A stretch of DNA of 38,629 nucleotides from Catajapyx aquilonaris (Eukaryota), in assembly GCA_000934665.2 (NCBI GenBank), contig JYFJ02003787.1:1-38629 (forward strand). Reading direction: 5' to 3'. Shown here one piece after another: positions 12,013 through 23,400 of this stretch. The notes beneath the pieces are model-generated. The model was not told the origin of the DNA. It searched no databases and saw nothing but the letters and a program-made list of their open reading frames with translations. Position 1 is the first letter of the stretch; the number at the start of each line of letters is the position of its first letter. Made by a program: the position numbers and the translations under genes.

Positions 12013-12388
12013 CTATTGTTTATCCGCACCTAGCGACGCGGCGGGGTTGGGAAGGCGTGGTGGTCTCCAAACATGTTGGCTACGGGTCGCAAACAATCGG
12101 TTGCCGGGAGAGCACAACAAAGGGTGTATTGTTACCCCTGCCACGCGAACCGATCAGACGAATGCTAGGACCACAAGTATTGATGGAGATGGGAAATATG
12201 AAAGCCATGATGGTTGCTGCAGTCTGTTAACCCAAAGAACGACACTTCGTGAAGCAAACGTGAAGGCATTCGAATTTGGCTGGGAGCAGTATCAAGGCCT
12301 ATTGTTTGCGACGCAATGTTGCCAACCGTCGGGAGGCCCCTTACCCGCCCAACCCCGACCACGTTGTTAAGGTGCGGATAAACAATAG
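12013..12388. mobile_element. Unclassified GC-rich MITE with long imperfect TIRs
   Basis: CTATTGTTTATCCGCACCT ... AGGTGCGGATAAACAATAG; the inverted similarity extends ~85 bp. Confidence 0.75.
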
Positions 12389-12543
12389 TTTATCCTAAAA
12401 TCTTGGGTTACATTCCTTGCAATATAGAATAATTGAAACACAAAAAAATGCAGTGGAACATTTCCCACATATCCTAAATGGAGATCTTCAACATTCTTAC
12501 AATATAGTCTATCCCTGTGCATCTAAACAGTATATAGAGTCTA

Positions 12544-12549
12544 TTTATT
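12544..12549 (-). terminator. Candidate poly(A) signal for dorsal-A
   Basis: First AATAAA I found on the minus strand after the A stop; there is an ATTAAA at 12755-12760. Confidence 0.3.
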
Positions 12550-13884
12550 ATGCATATCACGCGTAACTTGTAGGTGAAACATGTTTGTAAATCATGACGA
12601 AGGGCAATAGTAAATAAGTTCTGTGCACATCTTGCATGAGCACTAATATGCCAGATTAGCAGAACAAGACTGGGCAGACAAACCTGGCCATTAACATGTG
12701 AATTTATGTCCACACAATGCTTGTGGAATCAGTCATTACTGCAACTGACCCATTTTTAATAACCACATTGTTAAGGGCAGTGTTAAAGAAAGACTGCCTG
12801 TATCTCCTAGGTGCCGAGTATTGGGTGGGAAAAAGTTCTTATACCAAATACCTTCATATGTGGAATTAATCTTATCTTCTTTCTTAAATGCACCTTATTG
12901 AACACCAATAAAATTAATTTCACTGCAGTGTGAGAGAAATTACTATGTCAACAACAAATTAGGTACATAATATTATGCATAAATATCTAATGTAGCATTG
13001 TTGCTGTATTTTCACTTCTGCTGATTTGCCTCAATAAACAAGATAGTTTTAGGGACAGATGTATCAATGCAAATTTGGGAAAACCTCCAATCATGCAGAG
13101 GTATCACCAATATCAAATAAAACATTATTGTCTTGATTTGAATTCATACAACAGGCCATTCGAATAGTTTCCCTGGCTTAAAAAACCGCACTACTGTAAT
13201 AAGAAGCTATAAACAATATTAACAAAGCTGTACATTCAAAAAGATGTCACCTGCCATTTGAACACCACTACTCCATGGTATCTGTATCAGTTGCGTTTTA
13301 GTGCACTTTTGCATAGAGACTAGAAGTTCAAAAATCTTTCTGATGCAGTACAAAAGATTGAGCCACTTCAAACTAATCTCAGAATATCTGCTGAGTATAT
13401 CATGCAGAGGTGTTCTAAGTTACGAAAAACCCTACTGTTCTAAGCTGATATACAACTTACTGCAGTCAACTTTATAAAAGTCAATTGTTGGAATGGCTTG
13501 GGATTATTTTGATTCCTTTCATCATTCAACTAACTCTTGGTGATGTCTCTCACCCAACTACACTTAATGTAACTAGGTAAAAGTGATGCACAATGTGTCA
13601 ACAGGCTCAGCCCCTTCTAAGTACCCAAATGATAAGCACCCAAGTTTATGAATTAGCACCACACGATTGTCAGGGATTAAAATTATTCACTTCCCACAAC
13701 AGTTGACAGCTGGCACACTTTTTGACAGGTCCATCATGTAGCTATACCTTGAACTCACTCTTGCCATGGTATGTATAGACCTGACTGCACATGTGCAGTT
13801 ATTAAATCCTAGCTTAACTGCACTTGTTGCAATGCGCCCCAGGTAACATCTAATAAATACACATCTTGACTCCTGGCTTCCTTT

Positions 13885-14438
13885 TCACCCGTTTGGATTT
13901 GATTGTGAGAGCATGTTGAGTGTATGTAGCTCCTGGATGGTGCTGGTAGTCAGCCTGGTGAAGCTATCACTCATATTCTCCTGTTGCTGCCCCCCAAACA
14001 CCTTTCCTTCTTTGGGTTGTTCGTCTAGCAGGTTCAAATTGCTCGACAGGTTCTCGGAGAGGTGTGAGTCCAATAGAGACAGGTTGACATCACTCAGGGG
14101 CAAGTTGATTGCAGCCAAGTCTCCTGAATCAAGGTTGGCCATACTCAACTCCACACTGGGTTGCTGCTGATTGCTGTCCAGGTCCAGCACACTTGAGGTT
14201 GCCTCCAGAGAGTAGGCCCCCTGTGGTTGCTGCACCTGCTGAGGCTGCTGGGGTTGAGGAGGAATCTCATGCTGGAAGGTGGGCTGTGGGAATAGAGAGG
14301 TTTGGAACTGGATCTGGAGCCCAGCTGGGTTTAGGTTCGATGAGTGGGGGCTCATGGAACTGGGGTACATGGCAGATGCTCCAGGAGGGAGGGGCTGGAA
14401 GTTGACTGGGGATGGATACATGTAGGATGGGGAGCGGT
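13885..14438 (-). CDS. dl: dorsal-A terminal coding exon (P/Q/S-rich, transactivation-type tail)
   Basis: Acceptor ttcttcctccag; DRSPSYMYP...[11 protein letters not shown]...LDLDS...[10 protein letters not shown]...PNG*. Confidence 0.88.
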
Positions 14439-17400
14439 CTGGAGGAAGAATACACGCTTCATAAGTGCCATGAACAAGAAGAAATTCAAAAATATTATTA
14501 CATATGCACCCTTCTCTCTCAAAGGATGGGGTCATATATAACTGTCAACTCACAACTGTGGGAGAAAATATAACTACAACAACCCATGCAAAGTCAGAAA
14601 ACCCACGAAAACCGTTCCAACACAGGATCTCACAAAGGAAGGTCACGCATTGTACATGGAGTTGCTGAATGGCACAATAATAGAGGCAGGTAAGTCATTC
14701 ACCAAACTGCAAACCGTTTCAGCAAAGTGCTACAAAGTCAAAAGTTATGACCTCCGATGCCAGCCCGTAAAAATTGTCTGTTAGTCTTCGACTGTGACTA
14801 GTCAATTTCTTTACCGCCTCACGATTCCGACTGAAACTTCATCCGGTGTTGCCCGGGAAGAAATGAATGAAGGGATAACACCTACCTGTCGCCCCCTAAA
14901 AATTTTCACGCACAGAGAGCCGCCATGACATTTTGAGGAAGGCCGGGTCGGAAGGACAGGAGAGGTTGGAGGTGTAGGAAGCGGACCACAGATGGCAGGC
15001 GAATGAGATAGTTGTTATGCCGGACGGACAGACAGCCAGACGGACAGACAGCCAGACGGACAGACAGAATCACACCTGTCTTTATTGGAAGGCCGGGTGG
15101 GAAGGAGGGAGAGGTTGGAGGTGTTTGAGGTGAACCACAGATGGCAGGCAAATGACGGGAGAGGTTGAAGGTGTTGGAGATGGACCACAGATGGCAGGCA
15201 AATGATGGGAGAGGTTGAAGGTGTTGGAGATGGACCACAGATGGCAGGCAAATGACGGTTGGCGTCATGGTTGTAGAAGACTCAGGTTAGGTCACTCCCC
15301 ACCCACCCCCTGCCGAGGGGTTTTGCAGTGGGTGCTCACCTGAGACCGCCACGAGACATTTCCCAGAGCATTTATGTGGCGACCCTACCGGACTAAGGCT
15401 GAACTTTACAGGTACGAAAGGGGAGGGCTACATTGGGTGGCCCAACATGGCCGTCGGCGGCCATGTTGGGCCAGCATGTAGCCACCCTTTCGTACCTATA
15501 AAGTTCAGCCTTAGTCCAGTAGGGTCGCCACATAAATGCTCTGGGAAATGTCTCGTGGTGGTCTCAGGTGAGCACCCGCTGCAAAACCCCTCGGCAGGTG
15601 ATAAGCCCACAAGATAGGGGTAGTGTCCATGGGCTGGTTGGCGTTATACAGGCGGGAGAGGTTGAAGGTGTTGGAGTAGGACCACAGATGGCATTGGTGG
15701 GCGGGCGGACAGACAGACAGAAAGACAGACAGAATCACATCCGTCTTTATTGATATAGAAGATTAGGGAACCTGATTTTCTAAATTTTCCAAGAGTAGCC
15801 TATAAGCTGGATTTGATGCCAATCGGGCATGTAATTTGAGAGAAAATAAATGTTATTATTTTTTCCAAAAACTTCAGAAGCGATTTTCTCAAAAATAGCT
15901 ACGATCTAGCAGTTCTTGTATAGCTCGTTGTAATCATAGTAATTATCCCTTTCCAATTATGTAATAAAATGTCTGCTTTTTTGAATGCGATATCTCAAAC
16001 TTCACTCCTGAGGTAAGCTGTCAGGCTGACATCAAGAGGTCATAACATTTTACCTTGTAGCACTTTGCCGAAACTGTTTGCATTTTGGCGAATAACTTAC
16101 CTGCCTTTGTTATTGTGTCAAGTTTCATTCAGCAACTCCATGTACAATTTGGCACCTTCCCTTGTCCGAGGTAGTGTGGCATGGGCCAAACCCTGCCACC
16201 CTCAGGTTCTAATCAAGTAGTAGACACTGCAATATCTTTCCCTCTTACCTGGAGGCTCCAGCTTGATATGTGGTTGTGGACTTGGCTGCATCGTCTCCGG
16301 GCTCATCATCCCACCATAACTCTTTTGATGAAATGGTGAAAGAATGGGCCCTATTGAAACAGAAACAAATATTAGAAAAGCCATATAATATAATATCCAG
16401 ATGTGCTCAAGAAATGTTAACTAGTGCAAACACACCCAGTGAAACAGAAGCAGCATGGATTAGGAGATTATAATTCAACAATGACAAGTTCAATCATTAG
16501 TTCATAAACTACTACTCCAATCAATAAATAGCTCACAATTTCAAGTGAATAGCTTGACTGCCATGAGTACCTCTTTTGTGAAATGGAATTTTGACATGGC
16601 CAATAAAAAATTACAGCTACTCGTTTTATTGAAGATTCATTTTAACACTGCAGTAACACTGTACGAAAATAAACAACAATCCACACACTGATCAGACAAA
16701 CCAAACAACTCACACACTACTTGATTAGACAAAAATAAACAAAACACTACCACTTAATTAAAAAGTGCTGTTAAACCTTTCCTTTCCTACCTCAACAAGC
16801 TAGAAAGTCATGCATGTCAATATTCATGGATAGGAAAAGTGCAATAACTACAATGAACACATTACAGGGGAATCCCCTTACCTTACAACCACGTGGTTGA
16901 AAACTGCATTCATGAAAGCTAGCCTGCATTGTTTCTTCAATTAATATGGGAATCACAAGTTTTTAAGCCATAGAAAAGTTTTATTGTGTCAAAGCTGCCA
17001 TTTGGTAGAAAGTACACCTCAGGAAAAATAAAAACAAAACACGTAAGCTGGTACAAAAGAAGTTATATACAGGGAATTTGAGCCTTACACAATCACCACC
17101 ACCAAAATTACAAAATAAGATAAAGAAACCCGTCTACATCATAAGTTACAAAGTAAGCCTCACCCACATTAGAACAAGATTTGCAGCCCATATTTTTCAA
17201 GCACAAAGATACAGTTCCCAACACCATATCTAACCAACATCAAACACCAATGTATCAGCACCTTTCATTTCCCAAAATATTCTTTCAACCACCGTTCTAT
17301 CCCACCACATTTCCAACAAGTAACAGTCTCTTCAAGAATCTCAACAGTCAAGTAAAAACACATCTTCTAAACCTTGTACTTGCCAAAAACTGTACTTTCT

Positions 17401-20400
17401 TTGGTATTGTAAAAAAAAGAAAAGGAGACTAGCACCAATTAAACAAACCCCAGGGTCATTCAAGTGTGTTTACAGTAGTTTATGGGGTTAAATTCCAATG
17501 ATGTGGAAAGTAGCAAAAAGAATATGAAAATGGAATACACAAATATGAATGAAGCCAAATACTTACTCTTCCCTACACTGTTTTCATGGAAGTAACGTAC
17601 TAATCGGCCCGAGTTTGAGTCTGCAAGCTTTTGCCTCTTTCGTTTAAGCATCTCAGGATCTAAAAATAAAATAAAAAAGCACAACCAAAAATAAAAATTG
17701 CAGATGAAAAGAACAAAAAATATAATAAAACGTTGCAAGTTAATACACTGCAACCAATTAGATGTGAAAATCACATTAGAAAATAAGGCCAATGAATGTA
17801 TCATGTCAATTGAAATATTGTATGCGCCTTAGTTTATAAAAAACAATCCATGCACTTATTTATCAAATATTAAAATGTCAAAACAATACTAAATTAATGC
17901 AATATAATAACATACTTATAAATATCATCACTTATCAAGCATCTACATCTCTATACTTAAGGATTTTTTTTACACCATAGTTAGTTCACACTCCATATTT
18001 TTTATCTATGTATTATTCAACGATCAGCATTAAGTTGCATATTAGATCACATATGAACTGACATATCTCTATTAGTCAAGCTACTGGATGGAGACATTTT
18101 TTCATGCACATAATGCACATAACACCAGCTAATTTCATACATATTCTTTTTTGGTGCACATAGCATATAAGTTTAATATGACTATGGGGGTCACATTTCG
18201 ATTATTTATTACATGGTCTTTGGTCTATAGCTGAGACAGTAAGAAAATATCTTGTACAATATTTTTCTCTATGCTTTTACAGGAATTATGCAACAACTGT
18301 TACGCACACAAGCTATCTAGCACTCCCCAAATCAAATTACCCAAGATTCAATGCCTTAAATACTTAGAGACTATTGCAAAATTCATGACACAAAGTACTT
18401 AAGGACTCCACAGATGGCACAACCTAGTAACATCATCACAAACCACTCACATGCTGCCATCATCAGAAGAAACTTTGAACCAGGAATTGCAAATTCCAAA
18501 ATATGAGGGATATCTTGGTAATGAAGGCTGGAAAGTATAGGTCTCCTCATCAGCATTTATGGTGCCAATGATTGTAGCGACAAGTCACAAACAACCATGT
18601 GTTTGCAACACAACAATAGTTGCATGGGAACATACACAGGGTGATGTACCAAAACAATCACATCTTTCTCATAACACCACAAGGTGTATTAAAACCACCA
18701 GAAAAATCATTTGCTCTGTCACGCACGCAAGTAAAAAAGAAACTGGCTGGTGATACAAAACTAAGCCTTCCCAGCACGTGGGAAATAAAATATATATATA
18801 TACCATAATTTTTTTTAAACTCTTGCTTGCATTAAAAAATTGGTTTCCCATTAAGAAAATATTTTCGAGAAGCTGACCCTCTTCTTGGCATCACCTTCTG
18901 TCTGAATGGGAGGTGTTTCTAAAGAGCCATCCACATTAGCAACTGTGTGATAGTAGATTGATGACTCATCAAACTCTGAGTCAGTAGCCCTTGGGGCAAC
19001 ACCCATGTAGAGGGCATAGTGCTCTGCCTCTGTCAAGATGTTGAAATTGGGATCATCAATATTGTCCAACTCTTCAAAGTTTGCCTCAATCTCCATGCCA
19101 GACTTTAGAACCTGATCCATTTCTGGTGAACCCGACTTCAAAGTATCATCAGGCACATTTACATTTTCGGCATCAGTGTCACTTGACTTGCCTAAAACAG
19201 GTGACTTTTCCGCAGTAAACTCCTTTGGCTTCACCTCAGCCTTCTTACAGAAAAGCTTCTGCAGCAATCCACCTTTTGCAGCTTTCCCCTTAACAATAGG
19301 CTCCCCTGAGTTGCTCAATGAGCGCTTTGTGCGACGTGGCGGAAGTGGTGGAGGAGCCCCTGACTCATCCGACAATTCTTGTGGTGTCCCAGATCTTGCT
19401 TCACCTGGCAATCCTGCTGGTTTGGGTGGCAGAACTGGTGGTTTATTGAAAATTTCCTTGATGACTGGTGGTTTGCTGACAACCTCCTCAATTACTACTG
19501 GCTTTACAATATTCCCAGCATCTGTTATCTCCAGCAAAACAGGATTCTTCATTGCCATCTGAAAACTGCTGTAAATATTCTCATCAACAGTGGTAATGTC
19601 CATGGGTAGGCCAACAGGTTCATATGCTCTGGCATCACCATTGCTGAAATCATATATGTCATCAGCATCAGCTGCCTGTGACAATATCTCGTTGATTGAC
19701 TTGTATGTCTCAGCCTGTGACACAACCTCATTCCGATCATCAGAAGCAGGGCTTTTTGTATCACTTCGGTTGCAAACCTCGACCACCTCAACTTCATCGT
19801 CCTTGAGTTTGTTGACCTTGGCATAGTCTGGCGTCTTTGACAAACTTACATTAAGTAAAGTAGAATTTCCACCATTCGAAAGAGGTGTGGCAGTAGTGCC
19901 AGAAGCAGCAGTTTCAGTTATCACTGCACTTGGCACCCCACCACCACCTCCACCCCTACTCATAAGCATAGCTGTGTTTGCAGCCAAGATGGAAGTGAAG
20001 ACATCATTGTAGTTGCCCTTTCGCTTCTTGAAAGACCAGAAGTGGGGCCTACCTGAACTCAAAGGAAGGTACTCAAATGGACGAGACTCGGATGTTGCTC
20101 CATCAGTCGGGCGCCGCAGTTGAACAAAAACCTTGACAGGTGACTCCACCTGGTACAAACAAAAAACTGCATTAAATATTATCCTGGCTTTCACATTTAA
20201 ATTACTGGCCATTGATTGCATCTACCCATTACAGATGTACGGTGGGGGGGTAGTCGATATTTTTGATTCCTCCAAATGCAATTGTTCAAAAGCAACTGCT
20301 AAAAAAAGAGAGGAACTACAGACTAAATAGTGCTGATACAAACCTCAAGGTCCTTGTATCTAGGTGACCGGAAAGAGATGGCCACCTGCTTGTGTACGTC

Positions 20401-23400
20401 TGATGGCTGGAAGTCACCCTGACCTTCCCAAACAACCTGGCCATCCTTCTCCTCATAAAATCTCACTTGAATGTCATCTACATGAAAAGTAAGAGTCGTT
20501 AAATAACCTACAATACCAGCATGTTCTTGTGCATGAGTTCTACAGAATTAATTCATAATTATGAACTGAAGGCTTAGCCACAATCTAGACAAGGGGTATC
20601 AAATCCTTGAAAGGCCAACAGTTTTCAACACGGCAGCATTAGAAATTAAAATCAAGCAGCTTTACGAATTGTAAGGCATTAGCTTCCTGGAGCCACACAT
20701 GCAAGCAACCATTTCAGTCAAATTTATATTGCAATAAAAACCCAAATGCTTTGTAAAGAAAAATTAAAAATGAAGCAAAATATAGGACCTCACCTTTCAC
20801 TACTTTGTCGCAAAGGAGGATGATCTCCTTGTCCCCAGCAACGGAACTGGTACAGTCACTCAATTTACATATAACCAGGTCGCACATGGCCTCTGAAAAA
20901 TATATGAACTTTTAATGCCAATTTCCTTGAAATTCAAATATAGAAATAACAGCTTATCACAATGAAATTCTGACTCTAATATTAACCCTTTGTCTCCCGG
21001 TGGATTCTGCACCCTTTGGGTGGGGGTTTTAAAATAGCACCCTGCCTGAAAATCACAGAATCTGGCACCATTGGTTTCGCTCTCGATTCATGCACAAGAT
21101 GGGGCTGAAGAGTCCAAGACCTACAAACCCGAGTTACATCATGAGAGAGCCATGTACCCAGTGGCGTAGGAAGGTGGGGGGTGGGCCACCCCAGGCGGTG
21201 AAGGGGGCGGCAATTTTTGGCGTACTGCAGCTACAGCGAACGTGATTATTTGAGTGATTCTACTAATATTAAGATGTTTTCCAATTAATAATAATAATAA
21301 TAATATAATAATTGGGTTAGTGCACCGCCCTAATTGGGCATCTGGCACGGTACCTTTATTTGCTTAAGATGTACAAGCTTTTACAAGTGGTCCTTTTCCG
21401 TAACGCCCGGGTACCGCGAGCGAAGGGGGGATGAATAGGAGGGGTTGTGCAAAGTGCAAGTGCAATGTCTCTAACGGTCATTTTGTGAACTCCCCCGGGT
21501 GGCTTAGTCTGTCGGAAATTGCCACCCGAAATGAAGCCAGAGATGGCCCAACTCTGCACTGATAAAGGTGGGAACCCCGGGTGGGGATTGAACCCAGGAC
21601 CTTCATATCCGTGGGCGCGCGCGTTACCGCGGCGCCGCTTCATCTCCCTTATGTTTTCCAATTACTTAATTTATAAACACTCAATGATTATGCATTAGAA
21701 TGATGACAAGTTCAGATGAAAATGCTACAGTGGTCAGAAATGGAAGTTTTGCTCAGTGCATTGCAATCGCTTCCGTTTCTGTGCTTTTTGGGTTTGTAGG
21801 ATTCTGTTCTTGAGGAAATTAATGATGCCCAGACTTATTTACAAAGTAAAGGATTGCATGTACAGTACAACAATCTGCTCAGAAGATGAGTGCTCATTGT
21901 TTAGGCATTGAGGCATTGTTAATGTATACAAGGGGTGGTTTAGTGAACGGTGGAGCTATTAAAGGTATGCTAAAGGACTGTGTGAAGATCTATGTATCGT
22001 TTTGCCTTATGGAACCTCGCTGGTGATCTAGGAACAACTTACTCTACAACGACGAATTCAGGAGGGAAATATTTTCTTCACTGACCAGAGTACCATATTT
22101 GACGGCATTTAAGGAGCACTTTCCACCCAAAAATGGCTCAAAAAATCACCCTGCATCCCATAATTATGTGAAAAAATACAATAGGAACCTTTTTTTACTG
22201 AATATGATCTGCTGAAATGGGGGTGAGTCTTATATGCCTTCAAATAACTTATGGTAATTCAAGAGATTACCTTGAGATTTCTGCAGCTTCCTGAACTGGC
22301 TGAAAGATTTACCTTCCTTACTCCATCACGACTTTTGGATGCCAGCTATGATTGTGATTTAGAATATGCTCCTGATGACATTGACAAGAAAGAGTTCGAA
22401 ATTGAAAGGAAAAGACTTCATAGTTTCATTGCGGTTTCAAAGGAACAAGCTGGGATAATTTAAGGAATGAAAGTCCTCTTGAACTCCTGAACTTCATTCA
22501 ACAGCTCAGTCTAGGTATATCAGTGCCAAATAATATTGTCATAATGTCGCGGATTTTTCTAAAAGTCGGAATATTAGTGTTGCCAGCTGTATGAGGAGCT
22601 TTTTGAAGCCAAAATTTATTAAAAATTATCTACGTTCTACTATGAGCACTTGGAGGTTGGGTAATTTGGCTATATTGCCAAATGAGCAAGAATTGACTAA
22701 TGAAATTGATTTTGACAGTGTGATTAGTGATTTTGCTGCCCAAAAAGCAAGGAAAGTAAAATTGTCGTGGCGATGAATATATGAAATAAATATATGACCA
22801 CTTTACTTGACCTTTTTCCAATAGTAGCATTTTGATCTTAAAATTTTTGCATGCAATTAATAAAATTAAATGGTAATTGTAGGGGCGGCAAATTTTAGAT
22901 CCGCCCCGGGCGCTCCTAACCCTCGCTACGCCACTGCATGTACAGCCTCATATGCTATGCCCGAGAAGGTGACGTCTTCCTATTGCGACATCTACGTGGT
23001 TTTTTAAAGGCGGCTTCCACCTCGAGTAAATTTCCAAGATAATTCTACATGATTGCCCACTCCCTCTGAGAAATTATGAAAACATTGAGTGTCTGTTTAA
23101 AAAAAATTAAAGGTCTAGTTTAAACGGAGGTAACGTGAGCCACCAGGTGCAACAAAAGGCAGCTCAGGTGGCAAGCGGCCACCGCCAAGAGCTTGGAGCA
23201 GTCCACCCGGTCAATTAGGAGCAAGGACCCTTTGTAAGACCGAAATGGAGGCGGGGGAGTTTGCCTACCCTTCACAGATCTTTCTATTCCCCCCAGCAAA
23301 GAGTAGCAGCATTTCGGGAATTTTTAAATGGGTTTCAGCTGCAGTCCACTTACCGGGAAAGATGCGGCAGGGAGCTATGTGTATTTACATTCGGGCAGTG

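Larger units (their letters stand above)
14830..15762 (-). mobile_element. Non-autonomous Helitron-like element
   Basis: The minus strand starts A|TCTTCTATATCAATAAA followed by a (TCTG)n microsatellite and has the 3' hairpin CCCGGGCAACACCGG (14857-14843). The terminal CTRR is degenerate, or the CTAG at 14798 is used. Confidence 0.65.
14621..16176. mobile_element. Non-autonomous DNA transposon with ~140-bp TIRs in the last dorsal-A intron
   Basis: 14630-14765 is the reverse complement of 16023-16168 (ATTGTACATGGAGTTGCTGAATG...GCAAAGTGCTACAA...GTTATGACCTC). Exact ends and TSD are unclear. Confidence 0.8.

Noticed and set aside
14439..14535. First 32 codons of the 216-aa ORF
   Set aside because: They lie upstream of the ttcttcctccag acceptor and are intronic.
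15107..15258. Regularly spaced repeats as a CRISPR array
   Set aside because: The units are head-to-tail with no unique spacers, there are no cas genes, and the context is a eukaryotic intron; this is a minisatellite.
14906..15268. Repeat-containing 120-aa and 78-aa ORFs
   Set aside because: They are translations of the 50-bp minisatellite and (TCTG)n within a TE.
16882..16923. Cassette micro-exon ending at a strong AAG|GTAAGG donor
   Set aside because: There is no polypyrimidine tract; the 42-nt version has an immediate in-frame TAG and the shorter versions shift frame.
19176..19826. Plus-strand ORFs overlapping dorsal-B
   Set aside because: They are antisense shadows of a coding exon with no independent evidence.
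20150..20221. N-terminal [10 protein letters not shown]... of the 456-aa ORF as a real start
   Set aside because: It is intron sequence upstream of the acceptor at 20150-20151; the RHD is supplied by upstream exons.
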